A stretch of 64,000 bases of DNA, taken from NCBI GenBank assembly GCA_027078545.1, contig JALWXN010000004.1, positions 864,001 to 928,000 on the forward strand, given 5' to 3'. The position numbers and the translations under genes were made by a program. Source of the stretch: Nitrososphaeria archaeon (GTDB lineage Archaea > Thermoproteota > Nitrososphaeria > Geothermarchaeales > JDFR-13). Positions 1 to 8,664 of this stretch are shown in pieces. The stretch's first letter is position 1. Each line of letters starts with the position of its first letter. The notes under the pieces are model-generated. The model saw nothing but the letters and a program-made list of their open reading frames with translations. It did no database searches and had not been told where the DNA came from.

Positions 1-2
1 GT

Positions 3-638
3 CCCTGGAGCCATGTCATGGATGCATGGAGCATCCTGATCCTAGGACTAGTCGCAGCCGGGTTCCACGTAGTCGCTCCAAACTTCAGGGGGTCCACCGG
101 CTATGGAACCAAGTTCATGAAGATGGATATAGGCGACCCAGGCGGGATGGATATGGAGGATGTGGAGGCAGCTACTAACTACGCGGTGGAGACAGGCCTA
201 GCATCGAAGAAGGCGATCATGGGCTACAGCTATGGAGGCTTCATGACCTTCCTATCAACAGTTAAGAAGCCCGACACCTGGGACGTCGGCGTAGCCGGAG
301 CCGGGATAGTGGACTGGGAGGAGATGTTCGAGCTGGGAGACGCGTTCTTCAAACAGTTCGCCCTAACCCTCTTCGACAATAGGCGGGACCTATGGAGGGA
401 TAGGAGCGCGATACACTTCGTCGACAACCTTAGGGCTCCGCTATGCATCATCCATCCACAGAACGACACCAGGACACCTCTGAAGCCGGTGCTTAGATAT
501 ATGGAGAAGCTCCTGGAGAAGGGGAAGAGCTTCGAGGCCCACATCATACCAGACATGGGTCACACGATAACCACTGTGGACGACATCTTCAAGCTACTAC
601 TACCCGCGGTGATATTCCTTAGGAACAAGCTGTACTAG
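3..638 (+). CDS. S9 family (acylaminoacyl/prolyl oligo-) peptidase, C-terminal part; 5' end lies outside the window
   Basis: Frame is open from the window start (G)PWSHV; contains NFRGSTGYG, nucleophile GYSYGG, catalytic Asp (QNDTRT) and His (MGH). Confidence 0.9.
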   Translation, partial: PWSHVMDAWSILILGLVAAGFHVVAPNFRGSTGYGTKFMKMDIGDPGGMDMEDVEAATNYAVETGLASKKAIMGYSYGGFMTFLSTVKKPDTWDVGVAGAGIVDWEEMFELGDAFFKQFALTLFDNRRDLWRDRSAIHFVDNLRAPLCIIHPQNDTRTPLKPVLRYMEKLLEKGKSFEAHIIPDMGHTITTVDDIFKLLLPAVIFLRNKLY

Positions 639-657
639 GGGGCTCCAGCCCCTACAT

Positions 658-672
658 CCCCCACAACTTTTT
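658..672 (+). terminator. Putative C-rich/oligo-T terminator of the S9 peptidase gene
   Basis: CCCCCACAACTTTTT about 20 nt after the stop. Confidence 0.5.
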
Positions 673-689
673 AGTAGGGCTATGGTTGG

Positions 690-705
690 AAAAAGGAGGG
701 TTGGG
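690..705 (-). terminator. Putative C-rich/oligo-T terminator of the secreted helical protein gene
   Basis: Minus strand CCCAACCCTCCTTTTT downstream of the stop at 729. Confidence 0.5.
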
Positions 706-728
706 AGTAGATAGGGACTACTAGGTCT

Positions 729-2702
729 CTAGTCCTCCCACTCATCATCGTCGTGGTCATCCTCCTCGTCATCCTCGCCGTGGTCACCACCCATGTATCC
801 ACCCTGTCCACCTCCTCTCCCATCATCGTCAGACCTATTCTCGTCACCATGCTGATCATCGTCCATCCCGTCCCCAGAGCCGCCCATATCCTCATCTGAC
901 CAGTCGTCTCCATCGTCCTCCCCATAATCCTCGTCATGACCATCCTCCATATCTCTATCCATAATTATCTCGGCCTGCTCAATCATCTGTTCAGCCTCCA
1001 TGTAGAGCATCCTAGCCTCACTAACCAACTGAAGTGCCTCGGTATAGTTGCCCATCCTAGCCGCCTCGATAGCATTTTCCAGTATAGAGAGTGCCTGGCT
1101 AAGGATATCCGTGGCATTAGTCAGGAGAGCTGCCGCCTCCGAGTTGTTCCGTGACACCGCTCTCTCCCACATCCTCTCGGCCTCATACCTCTTCTCTATG
1201 ATCTCCTCCCTCAGATCAGCTATCTCGCTGAATATCTCGCCAGCCACGTCACCATGTATATCCTCCATGATGTCCTCCGCCATGTCTACCTGCTCCTCAG
1301 CATACTCGTAAAGCCTCTTAGCCTCTAGATACAACTCATATGCATCGACTATCGAGCCGTTATCAAGGGCTGTGAAAGCCATATCGAGCATCATAGATGC
1401 ATTCTCCAGGATCGAGATGCTGCTGTTTAGGAGGGCTATTGATGCGTTGTCACCTAGATCCATGGCACGGCCCAGTAGATATTCAGCCCTAGTCATCACC
1501 TCTGATATATCTAGCCTGAGCTCGTCCATCTCACGGACCAGCCAGTTTATATTGACGCTCTGGTTACCGCCTGGATGCCTAGGCTCCTCAGGCGTTATGT
1601 CTAGTGCGTCGGCGACATCGTCTAGAATGTTCTCTGCATAGTCGATCTTGACCTTCGCAGCCTCTAGATATGCCATGGCGTCTGGAAGCGTCCCGTTGAG
1701 TGCTAGGGCTTCTGCCATGTCTAGATCGCTTGATGCATTGGCTAGATACGTCCTAGCCTCCTCTATCAGTTGGATTAGGTATGTCTTGTTCTGTGCATTG
1801 GCCTCCCCCTCGAGCTGGAGGCTAATGTTTAGTAGCCTCTCTACCTCAACCCTCTCCTCACTAATCTCTATTAGGATCTTCTCAGCCAATGTACTGTTCA
1901 CAGCCTCCTCCACCACGCCTGGCAACGTCTGGTTACCTATCTGCTGAGCCACGTTCTCCAGGATAGCCAGTGTACCGTTCAACGTGGATATAGCTAGGTC
2001 TACAGCCAGTACTGCGGCTGGATCCGCACCCTCATCCGCCAAGTAATCCCTGATCTCGCCTAGGAGATCCATGGCTATCGAGATCCTCTCCATACCCTCC
2101 TCCAGGGTATCTACACCGTCTCCACTCGTGGATAGCTCCCTAACCAGCTCTATAGCCGCCTCCACCAGGTCACTACTTATACCGCTAACTGAGATCTCAT
2201 TCAGAGCCCTGGCCACGTCCTCCAGCTTAGCCAGTGCGGACTCAAGGTTCCCAGCCTCTACATCGGATGCGATGGAGCTGTATAGCTCCTCGATCGATGT
2301 GTAGTTATACTTCTCAGCCACCACCTGTAGGACGCTGAGGACCTCCCTTACAATAGCCTCCTCCACATCCCTCTGATCCAATACATCCTCGGGGAGCGTC
2401 TCCTTCAGATCCTCGAAGTAGCCTGCGAGAATATCCCTGACACTCCTCAACTCGTCTAGGCTTAGCATGGTGAGATCCATAGATGTGATGTTCTCTATGT
2501 AGGCCAGTGCCTCCTGGGCGAGTGACTCGTCAGAAGTTATGTATGCTAGGCGTCTAACCATCTCTACATATACGTTTATCTCCCCGATTACCACGCTCTT
2601 CTCAAGGCTGTCCTCCTGGGCCGCCGAGGGGGTTGGAACCCCTGGGACTAGTCCGACAAGCATCACGAGTAGTAGCCCGATCCCAATCAACACCCTATTC
2701 AT
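729..2702 (-). CDS. Secreted acidic alpha-helical repeat protein with D/E/G/H-rich tail (hypothetical)
   Basis: Likely start ATG 2702 (MNRVLIGIGLLLVML signal peptide, GGTGA upstream); three ~95-aa helical repeats; about 18 N-x-S/T sequons; low-complexity C-terminus. Confidence 0.8.
   Translation of the reverse strand: MNRVLIGIGLLLVMLVGLVPGVPTPSAAQEDSLEKSVVIGEINVYVEMVRRLAYITSDESLAQEALAYIENITSMDLTMLSLDELRSVRDILAGYFEDLKETLPEDVLDQRDVEEAIVREVLSVLQVVAEKYNYTSIEELYSSIASDVEAGNLESALAKLEDVARALNEISVSGISSDLVEAAIELVRELSTSGDGVDTLEEGMERISIAMDLLGEIRDYLADEGADPAAVLAVDLAISTLNGTLAILENVAQQIGNQTLPGVVEEAVNSTLAEKILIEISEERVEVERLLNISLQLEGEANAQNKTYLIQLIEEARTYLANASSDLDMAEALALNGTLPDAMAYLEAAKVKIDYAENILDDVADALDITPEEPRHPGGNQSVNINWLVREMDELRLDISEVMTRAEYLLGRAMDLGDNASIALLNSSISILENASMMLDMAFTALDNGSIVDAYELYLEAKRLYEYAEEQVDMAEDIMEDIHGDVAGEIFSEIADLREEIIEKRYEAERMWERAVSRNNSEAAALLTNATDILSQALSILENAIEAARMGNYTEALQLVSEARMLYMEAEQMIEQAEIIMDRDMEDGHDEDYGEDDGDDWSDEDMGGSGDGMDDDQHGDENRSDDDGRGGGQGGYMGGDHGEDDEEDDHDDDEWED
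959..1880 (-). repeat. Three tandem ~95-105 aa helical repeats within the 729-2702 CDS
   Basis: Units begin KILIEISEE (1880), WLVREMDEL (1544) and EIFSEIADL (1238); they share the pattern L..A...L..A...L..A......G....A.....EA......AE. Confidence 0.7.
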
Positions 2703-2724
2703 ACGGGTTTCACCGGGTAGGGAT

Positions 2725-2770
2725 AATACGTTCCAACGTATTGAGGACATATGTGGAACACCGCGGAACA
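2725..2770. promoter_or_regulatory. Candidate operator: 8-bp inverted repeat plus 10-bp-phased GGA(A)CA repeats
   Basis: AATACGTT-CC-AACGTATT at 2725-2742; GGACAT, GGAACA and GGAACA start at 2745, 2755 and 2765. Confidence 0.5.
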
Positions 2771-2775
2771 TGGCT

Positions 2776-3633
2776 TCAGGGCTTCCTGAGTAGGCGGATC
2801 CTATTCCTCCTATACTCCTTGATCACCTCTACGTAGCCGAGCACCTCGAGCCTACGTATATGCCTCCATAGGGTCGTCTTCGGTATACCTAGCCTCCTCA
2901 TCAACTCGCTCTGATACATCTCTCCACCCGCCTCCTCCAGAGCCTCCAGGATCAGGAGGTCGGTCTCGTCTAGGAAGCCGGCCTCCTCCAGGTCTACCTC
3001 ACCTGTTTTGGCGGATCTGTAGCGCCAGGCCAGGAATCCAACAGCGGCTATCGATGCCAGTACGGCAACAAGTACTAGGTTCCAGGGGAGTGGCTCACCA
3101 GCCGTTGGAGGTGACCCCGGCTCAGTAGCCACGTCCGAGACGACGTATCTAATCTCGTATAGCCCCCTGAACTTCACGGTAAAGGTTCCGTCATCGTCGT
3201 AGAAGCTATCGAGTATGGTCTCGGGTAGGCTTAGCAGGACCACCCTGCTGGAAACCCTTAGTGTAGAGTCGTAGCCAGAGTAGTATCTGAATGCCACCCC
3301 CTCGCCCGAGGTGTCGACCTCGGGGATATACTCTATCATGAAGCTCTGGCCAGGCTGACCCGATATAATCACACTATTGTTTATCACCACCGGGGTTCTA
3401 AGCTCCCCCTCCACATATACCACTACAGATGCGGGCGTGGGATCCGCTGGGAGCTGGATCTCCTCAAGATCCCTCTCAAGAGTACCGTTGAGGAATATCT
3501 TGGGAACCCCATCCTCAGTAATCAGTATGGTGCCGGATATCGTGTATCCCCTGGTGGCCCCCATCATTAGGGAGAGGATGGTGATGGCGATCAGGAGGCC
3601 CATAACCATTGAGGCGATGCCGACCCTATTCAT
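2776..3633 (-). CDS. Membrane-anchored winged-helix transcriptional regulator (COG2512-like), copy 1
   Basis: N-terminal signal/TM, beta-rich extracellular domain, Pro-rich linker, TM (WNLVLVAVLASIAAVGFLAW-RYR), and C-terminal wHTH (ILEALEEAGGEMYQSELMRRLGIPKTTLWRHIRRLE..GYV). Confidence 0.8.
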   Translation of the reverse strand: MNRVGIASMVMGLLIAITILSLMMGATRGYTISGTILITEDGVPKIFLNGTLERDLEEIQLPADPTPASVVVYVEGELRTPVVINNSVIISGQPGQSFMIEYIPEVDTSGEGVAFRYYSGYDSTLRVSSRVVLLSLPETILDSFYDDDGTFTVKFRGLYEIRYVVSDVATEPGSPPTAGEPLPWNLVLVAVLASIAAVGFLAWRYRSAKTGEVDLEEAGFLDETDLLILEALEEAGGEMYQSELMRRLGIPKTTLWRHIRRLEVLGYVEVIKEYRRNRIRLLRKP

Positions 3634-3742
3634 AACCACCACTCATGAGCCATATCCCTATACTTAAATCCCGTCTCGATATAAAGTGGATGTTTCCAAC
3701 AGGTAGCGATTAAAATTATCGTTAAGCATATCATCTAATACT

Positions 3743-4186
3743 ATGACGAGGCCCATCACACTCGACGAGGTAGAGGTCGAGTTTAAAGGTGTAAAACATA
3801 CCTATTCGAGCCAGGGCAGGCCCTACAAACTAGCGGTCAGTGGATGCTGTGGGACATACGTATCCGGCGTCGTCCCTTATTCTAACCAGGGTCTAGTCTC
3901 GAATAACTTTGAGGAGCAGGTGGAGTTCGTCCTAACTGTTATTACCGAGGTAGCCAAAAAGATCGGCGGCTCATGCATAAAGACTGACAAGGAGGCTAAG
4001 AAGTCGATCCTGAAGCTGACGGTATACGTTGTCGACCTCGATAAGGGTAAGTACGATGCTCTAAACCAGGTCTTCAACGACTTCTTCAAGAATGTGGGCT
4101 ACTTCCCGGCTAGGACGACGATTGGTGTGGCCTCGATACCAATCCCTGGTGCACTTGTGGAGATCGATGCCGTACTTGACATCTAG
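3743..4186 (+). CDS. RidA/YjgF/UK114 family enamine/imine deaminase
   Basis: YVSG, EEQ, LKLTVYVVDL, LNQVFNDFF, FPARTTIGV..IP.GALVEID; conserved Arg and Glu are present. Confidence 0.85.
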   Translation: MTRPITLDEVEVEFKGVKHTYSSQGRPYKLAVSGCCGTYVSGVVPYSNQGLVSNNFEEQVEFVLTVITEVAKKIGGSCIKTDKEAKKSILKLTVYVVDLDKGKYDALNQVFNDFFKNVGYFPARTTIGVASIPIPGALVEIDAVLDI

Positions 4187-4207
4187 GGTAGGAGGGGTGT
4201 TAGAGGC

Positions 4208-5089
4208 CTGGCGGGTAGGCTGGACTATCTCCTCCTGGCTGTAGCGGTCGTATCAGTATCATTCGCGGCTATACTCTTCAGGCTATCCGAGGTAGCCGGC
4301 TTCCCAGCCGCGGCATGGAGACTAGGCATAGGTAGTCTAGTCACACTGGTTATACTACTATTCCTAGGCGGGCCGGAGAGGGGGATAAGGCCTAGGGATA
4401 TATTGTTAATGGTTCTTGGAGGCTTGGCACTAGCCCTCCACTTCGGCTTCTGGTTCATAAGCCTCGAGCATATAAGGGTGGGGCCCAGCACATTGATCGT
4501 CGATGCCTACCCAGCCGTGCTAGCGATTATTGGACACATCTTCTTCGGGGAGAGGTATGGATATAGGGATGTGGTCGGCTCCCTACTAGCAATAGTGGGT
4601 CTTGGAGGGATGATAGTAACGACCTATGGATACGAGCTGACAACCCCGGATGGGGACGTTGTCCTAGGCCTCGTGACGGTCCTCATATCCCTAGCCATGG
4701 TGACTACATACTTCATCATCGGGAAGTTTATGAGGCTTAGGATTGGGACCTGGACCTACACCTCAATAGTCTACCCCTCGGCATTCCTAGCCACCCTAGC
4801 AATTACACTGGCGACTGGAGAGTCGTTGATACCCCCGAGCCCCGAGTCCTACATCTACCTTATACTCCTAGGCATAGTCCCGATGATAGGTGGGCACACA
4901 GTCATCAACTACCTACTCCCGAGGCTTAGGAGCCTGACCGTGACTATACCCGTGATAACCGAGCCTATAGGGGCCAGCCTACTCGCATATATCGTGCTTG
5001 GAGAGACACTTCCCTTGGAGGCCTCGGTATGGATCGGGGTAACGGTTATTGGTGTAGGCCTAGTGATATCCTCGGAAGGAGCGGGCTAG
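4208..5089 (+). CDS. EamA/DMT family transporter
   Basis: Multiple TM helices, LALHFGFWFISL, GGHTVINYLL, EPIGASLLAY. The frame extends 65 codons upstream of the ORF-track start (including VSFAAILFRLS and AAWRL) to a CTG preceded by GGAGGGGTG. Confidence 0.85.
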   Translation: MAGRLDYLLLAVAVVSVSFAAILFRLSEVAGFPAAAWRLGIGSLVTLVILLFLGGPERGIRPRDILLMVLGGLALALHFGFWFISLEHIRVGPSTLIVDAYPAVLAIIGHIFFGERYGYRDVVGSLLAIVGLGGMIVTTYGYELTTPDGDVVLGLVTVLISLAMVTTYFIIGKFMRLRIGTWTYTSIVYPSAFLATLAITLATGESLIPPSPESYIYLILLGIVPMIGGHTVINYLLPRLRSLTVTIPVITEPIGASLLAYIVLGETLPLEASVWIGVTVIGVGLVISSEGAG

Positions 5090-5138
5090 CGGCTTAGGGG
5101 TCTTCTTTAAAGCAGTTCCTAGGCGATAATATAATTAG

Positions 5139-6371
5139 GTGCTGAGGATGGAGCTGAGCCACGTCCTTCCAGAGGTGGATAGGTACTTTGAGTATGCCCT
5201 CGACACTGTCTATAAATATATCCATAAGACCCCTATGGACTACAGCGCAACCCTCTCCAAGATGGTTGGTGGGGAGGTATACCTGAAGTGTGAGAACCTA
5301 CAGAAGACCGGTAGCTTCAAGGTTAGGGGCGCGATAACAAAGATCTCCAGGCTGAGGGGTAAGACCGAAGGCGTAGTAGCCGTGAGTGCGGGTAACCATG
5401 CACAGGGAGTGGCATATGCAGCCTCTATATACGGCTTGAAATCCATAATCGTCATGCCAAGAGACGCCTCGATATCTAAGGTGGAGGCCACTAAGAACTA
5501 TGGCGGTGAGGTAGTGCTCGCTGAGGGGGGCTTCGGACACCTTTTCCAGCTGGGCTACGAGATCTCTAGGAGCAGGGGGTACGAGTTCGTCCATCCCTAC
5601 GACGACCCCGAGATAATTGCTGGGCAGGGCACACTTGGATGGGAGATCCTTCAGCAGGTGAGCGATGCAGACACGATAGTAGTGCCCATAGGGGGTGGAG
5701 GCCTGATATCAGGCATCTCCTACATAGCGAAGAAGCTCAGGCCCAGTATAAGGATCATAGGGGTCGAGTCAGAGGCCGTGCCCAAGGCCAGTGAGGCGAG
5801 GAAGGCTGGTAGGATAGTCGATGTAGAGGTTAGGCCGACACTGGCGGATGGACTCTCGGCTAAGAGGCTGGGGGAGCTCACGTTCCAGTTCATCGAGAAG
5901 TATGTAGACGAGATCTACACCGTCTCTGAGGAGGCTATTGCGCAGGCGATATACTTTATCCTAGAGAGGAGCAAGATGCTTGTCGAGGGTGCGGGAGCCA
6001 CCACCGTAGCCATGATCTTCGATGGACATGGAGACCTCTTTAGGAATGGGAAGACGGTATTCCTACTATCCGGCGGGAATATAGACCTAACATCGATCTA
6101 CAGAATCCTGCTTAGGGGTCTGAGCGAGGCGAAGAAGATCGTCAGTCTCGAGGGGTATGCACTGGACGTGCCTGGGACACTTGCCAGGATAGCCGGGATA
6201 ATAGCGGAGAAGGGCGGCAACATTGTAGACGTTTTCCACGACCGGATGGATATCTATACACCACCTGGATACACCAACCTAAAGATCATTGTGGAGGTGC
6301 CCAACCCAGAGACGATAGAGGAGATCAAGGAGATGTTGCGCCACTCAGGGATATGGATAAGCAAGGGATGA
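5139..6371 (+). CDS. ilvA: Threonine ammonia-lyase (catabolic type, C-terminal ACT domain)
   Basis: KCENLQKTGSFKVRGA (PLP Lys), SAGNHAQG, IGGGGLISG, EGAGA, SGGNID, and ACT domain DVPGTLA. Confidence 0.93.
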   Translation: MLRMELSHVLPEVDRYFEYALDTVYKYIHKTPMDYSATLSKMVGGEVYLKCENLQKTGSFKVRGAITKISRLRGKTEGVVAVSAGNHAQGVAYAASIYGLKSIIVMPRDASISKVEATKNYGGEVVLAEGGFGHLFQLGYEISRSRGYEFVHPYDDPEIIAGQGTLGWEILQQVSDADTIVVPIGGGGLISGISYIAKKLRPSIRIIGVESEAVPKASEARKAGRIVDVEVRPTLADGLSAKRLGELTFQFIEKYVDEIYTVSEEAIAQAIYFILERSKMLVEGAGATTVAMIFDGHGDLFRNGKTVFLLSGGNIDLTSIYRILLRGLSEAKKIVSLEGYALDVPGTLARIAGIIAEKGGNIVDVFHDRMDIYTPPGYTNLKIIVEVPNPETIEEIKEMLRHSGIWISKG

Positions 6372-6374
6372 CCA

Positions 6375-7208
6375 CTACTCCCTAAGCCTATACACCCTTC
6401 TCTGACCCTCCCTAACAACCTCTACAACCCCATTCTCAACCAGTTTTGAGAGCCGACGATATAGTGGTGACTTGGGGATACCCGTCTCCTCCATAAGCTC
6501 CGCCGCAGTCATGGGCCTCCTCCTCAAAGCCTCGAGGATCAGCCTATCCCTCTCATCCTCCACCGCCTCCACGAACCTCCTCCTACCCCTATGGAGGATG
6601 AGGAGCGTTGCTCCCGCTGCTATGGCTACAATGAGTATGATTGGTAGCGGGTCTATTCCGCCTGTATCTGCCCCGGCACTCCCGTCGCCACTCTCCTCAC
6701 CACCACCATCTATGGGTGGTGGGCTCATAACATACTCAATCGTGACGTTACCTGGTCCGAAGTCGAGGGCTGGTGAGCTGTTCACAAAGGATATGCCGTA
6801 GTTTTCCCTTGAGACCGATAGGATGATGGTGCCCTCTGGGAGGATTATCCTATAGGGTGTCTCGAACCCTATCTCCAGCCTCCATATCTCGGCCTCCTTC
6901 GAGGTGAGGCCGTAGAAATAGGCCTCTACCCAGACCCTCTCAGAGGTGGATATGAATAGTAGCTCGTCACCCTCCAATAGGTATGGGAGGTCACCCCCCT
7001 CCGTATAGATCCTGACGTGGAACGGCTCCGAGGGCAGCTTGAGCGATACATTTTCGGGAGGCAGGGTTACCAAGTCATAGAGAACCATGACGGATCCGTC
7101 TCTATAAACCTCGACAAGGATATTCCTAACCTGGTATGGATACGCCCCCACAACCGTGGTGGCTATGAGGAGGAGGAGAAGGAGATATAACGTGGGGGCG
7201 AGCCTCAT
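6375..7208 (-). CDS. Membrane-anchored winged-helix transcriptional regulator (COG2512-like), copy 2
   Basis: Signal peptide, beta-rich ectodomain, Pro/Gly linker, TM followed by HRGRRR, and wHTH (LILEALRRRPMTAAELMEETGIPKSPLYRRLSKLVENGVV). Confidence 0.8.
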   Translation of the reverse strand: MRLAPTLYLLLLLLIATTVVGAYPYQVRNILVEVYRDGSVMVLYDLVTLPPENVSLKLPSEPFHVRIYTEGGDLPYLLEGDELLFISTSERVWVEAYFYGLTSKEAEIWRLEIGFETPYRIILPEGTIILSVSRENYGISFVNSSPALDFGPGNVTIEYVMSPPPIDGGGEESGDGSAGADTGGIDPLPIILIVAIAAGATLLILHRGRRRFVEAVEDERDRLILEALRRRPMTAAELMEETGIPKSPLYRRLSKLVENGVVEVVREGQRRVYRLRE

Positions 7209-7210
7209 GT

Positions 7211-7228
7211 AAAAAGGGATTGGGTGGG
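7211..7228 (-). terminator. Putative intra-operon oligo-T terminator
   Basis: Minus strand TGA-CCCACCCAATCCCTTTTT-AC-ATG between the helical protein gene and the wHTH gene. Confidence 0.45.
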
Positions 7229-8584
7229 TCAGCTATATTTCGCTAGGAGCTCGTCAACCCTCTGTATAAGGCTGTCTAGGTACTTGATGACGAAGTCGGG
7301 TATGTTGGGATAGCGTGAAAGCCTATCCCTAAGCTCGAGGAGCCCCTCCCTAATCATCCCAAGCTGGACTATTAGGTACTCCCTGGTTATCTCACCAGCC
7401 TCGTACTTCCTGACAAGCTCATCGATCCTCTCCTCGAACTGTCTAAGCATTGAGAGGAACTGGTTGGCCAGCCTATCCATACCACCCCTGATCCTCCTAA
7501 TCTCCTCCCTGATAAACTCCTTCATCTCCTCCAGCCTCTCCAGCACGGGCATGGGCACTGGTATACCTAGGCCTGGGAGCTCCTCCATGAGACCCTCAAG
7601 CCTGTTCAACGCCTGCTCCAGAGTAGCCAGCGCAGCCTCCACATCACCGTTGTCGAGGCTCTCGATAGCGCTGTCGACGAGGCTCTTGACATCCCTCATA
7701 ACCTCAACCACGTCTATAGCCTTCCTCCTAACCTTCTCATCGACACCGATCTCTACACCCTTCTCCGCTATCCTCTCGGCCCTCTCGATAAACTCGCCTA
7801 TGAGGCTCGATAGGAGGGCTAGACGTGCCCTGGCCTCGTTTATCTGGCCATCATTGATCAGGTTTATCGAGCTGTTTATCTCGGCCATGACCTTCATAAC
7901 GAAGGCCATGGTTATGGTGCCTGCAACCATCTGTAGGCTTATCGATGCCCAGTCCCTCCTGAGGCTCTGCCTAATACTCATTATAAGCTCCTCCAGCCTC
8001 TGATCAATCTCCCGGAGCCTCTCCATAGCTGCCTCAGGCCCTATCTCGTCGACCTCATCCATCAGCTGGAGCAGCTCGTCCCTAGCCTCCCTGAGATCAG
8101 CTATTATCTCGTCTATATTGATGTCGATACAGTAACCGGTGGAGGCGGCTCCACATACTACTCCAGACTCCTTCATCCTCTCAGCGGCCTCGATGGCCGA
8201 CTCCACTATCCTCAGCCTGACACTTATAGCTGCCATAACTGCCTCTACATCCAGGGTCTCCTCTGGGGGTGCGACGGTATAGACATACTTGATCACTGGG
8301 GCGAGGAGTGTGCCTGCCTTTATGAGCATGTCGACAGCCTCCTCCTCATCAGCCTCCCTGGCCTGGCTCACGAGGCTCTTGGCCTCCTCCAGATTAGCCT
8401 GTAGATCCTCTGGGAGGGATATGTTATGTGCCTCGATGTACTGCTCAAGCCTCTCAATAAGCCTCTCCATATACTCGATATACTTGTCTATAGGCCTCTC
8501 CGCACCGATCACAGAAGTATTTATCAAGACCCCGCTAAGCACGAGCGCCAGCAGCGTCACAGCCGAGAGTAGTCTATACATCAT
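7229..8584 (-). CDS. Secreted/membrane-anchored alpha-helical bundle protein (hypothetical)
   Basis: Likely start ATG 8584 (MMYRLLSAVTLLALVLSG signal, GGTGA upstream); E/L/I/A/R-rich amphipathic helices; one C-x7-C pair. Confidence 0.75.
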   Translation of the reverse strand: MMYRLLSAVTLLALVLSGVLINTSVIGAERPIDKYIEYMERLIERLEQYIEAHNISLPEDLQANLEEAKSLVSQAREADEEEAVDMLIKAGTLLAPVIKYVYTVAPPEETLDVEAVMAAISVRLRIVESAIEAAERMKESGVVCGAASTGYCIDINIDEIIADLREARDELLQLMDEVDEIGPEAAMERLREIDQRLEELIMSIRQSLRRDWASISLQMVAGTITMAFVMKVMAEINSSINLINDGQINEARARLALLSSLIGEFIERAERIAEKGVEIGVDEKVRRKAIDVVEVMRDVKSLVDSAIESLDNGDVEAALATLEQALNRLEGLMEELPGLGIPVPMPVLERLEEMKEFIREEIRRIRGGMDRLANQFLSMLRQFEERIDELVRKYEAGEITREYLIVQLGMIREGLLELRDRLSRYPNIPDFVIKYLDSLIQRVDELLAKYS

Positions 8585-8616
8585 TGTACTACTCACCGTT
8601 GATATGTGTGGCCGGC

Positions 8617-8664
8617 TTCCTATTTTAGGGAGCCAGTGGGAATAGGATGGGAAGATAGTGGGAA
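8617..8664. promoter_or_regulatory. Candidate operator: TGGGAA x3 at exact 11-bp spacing plus an inverted TTCCTA
   Basis: TGGGAA at 8637, 8648 and 8659; degenerate AGGGAG at 8627; TTCCTA at 8617. Confidence 0.5.

Noticed and set aside
729-960. Possible CRISPR or DNA tandem repeat (TCATCG/TCCTCG-rich)
   Set aside because: It is the codon pattern of an Asp/Glu-rich protein tail; there is no repeat-spacer structure.
3743-5089. Amber read-through fusion of RidA and the DMT transporter (same frame, single TAG)
   Set aside because: A strong SD and a CTG follow the stop, both proteins are complete on their own, and there is no sign of recoding machinery in the window.
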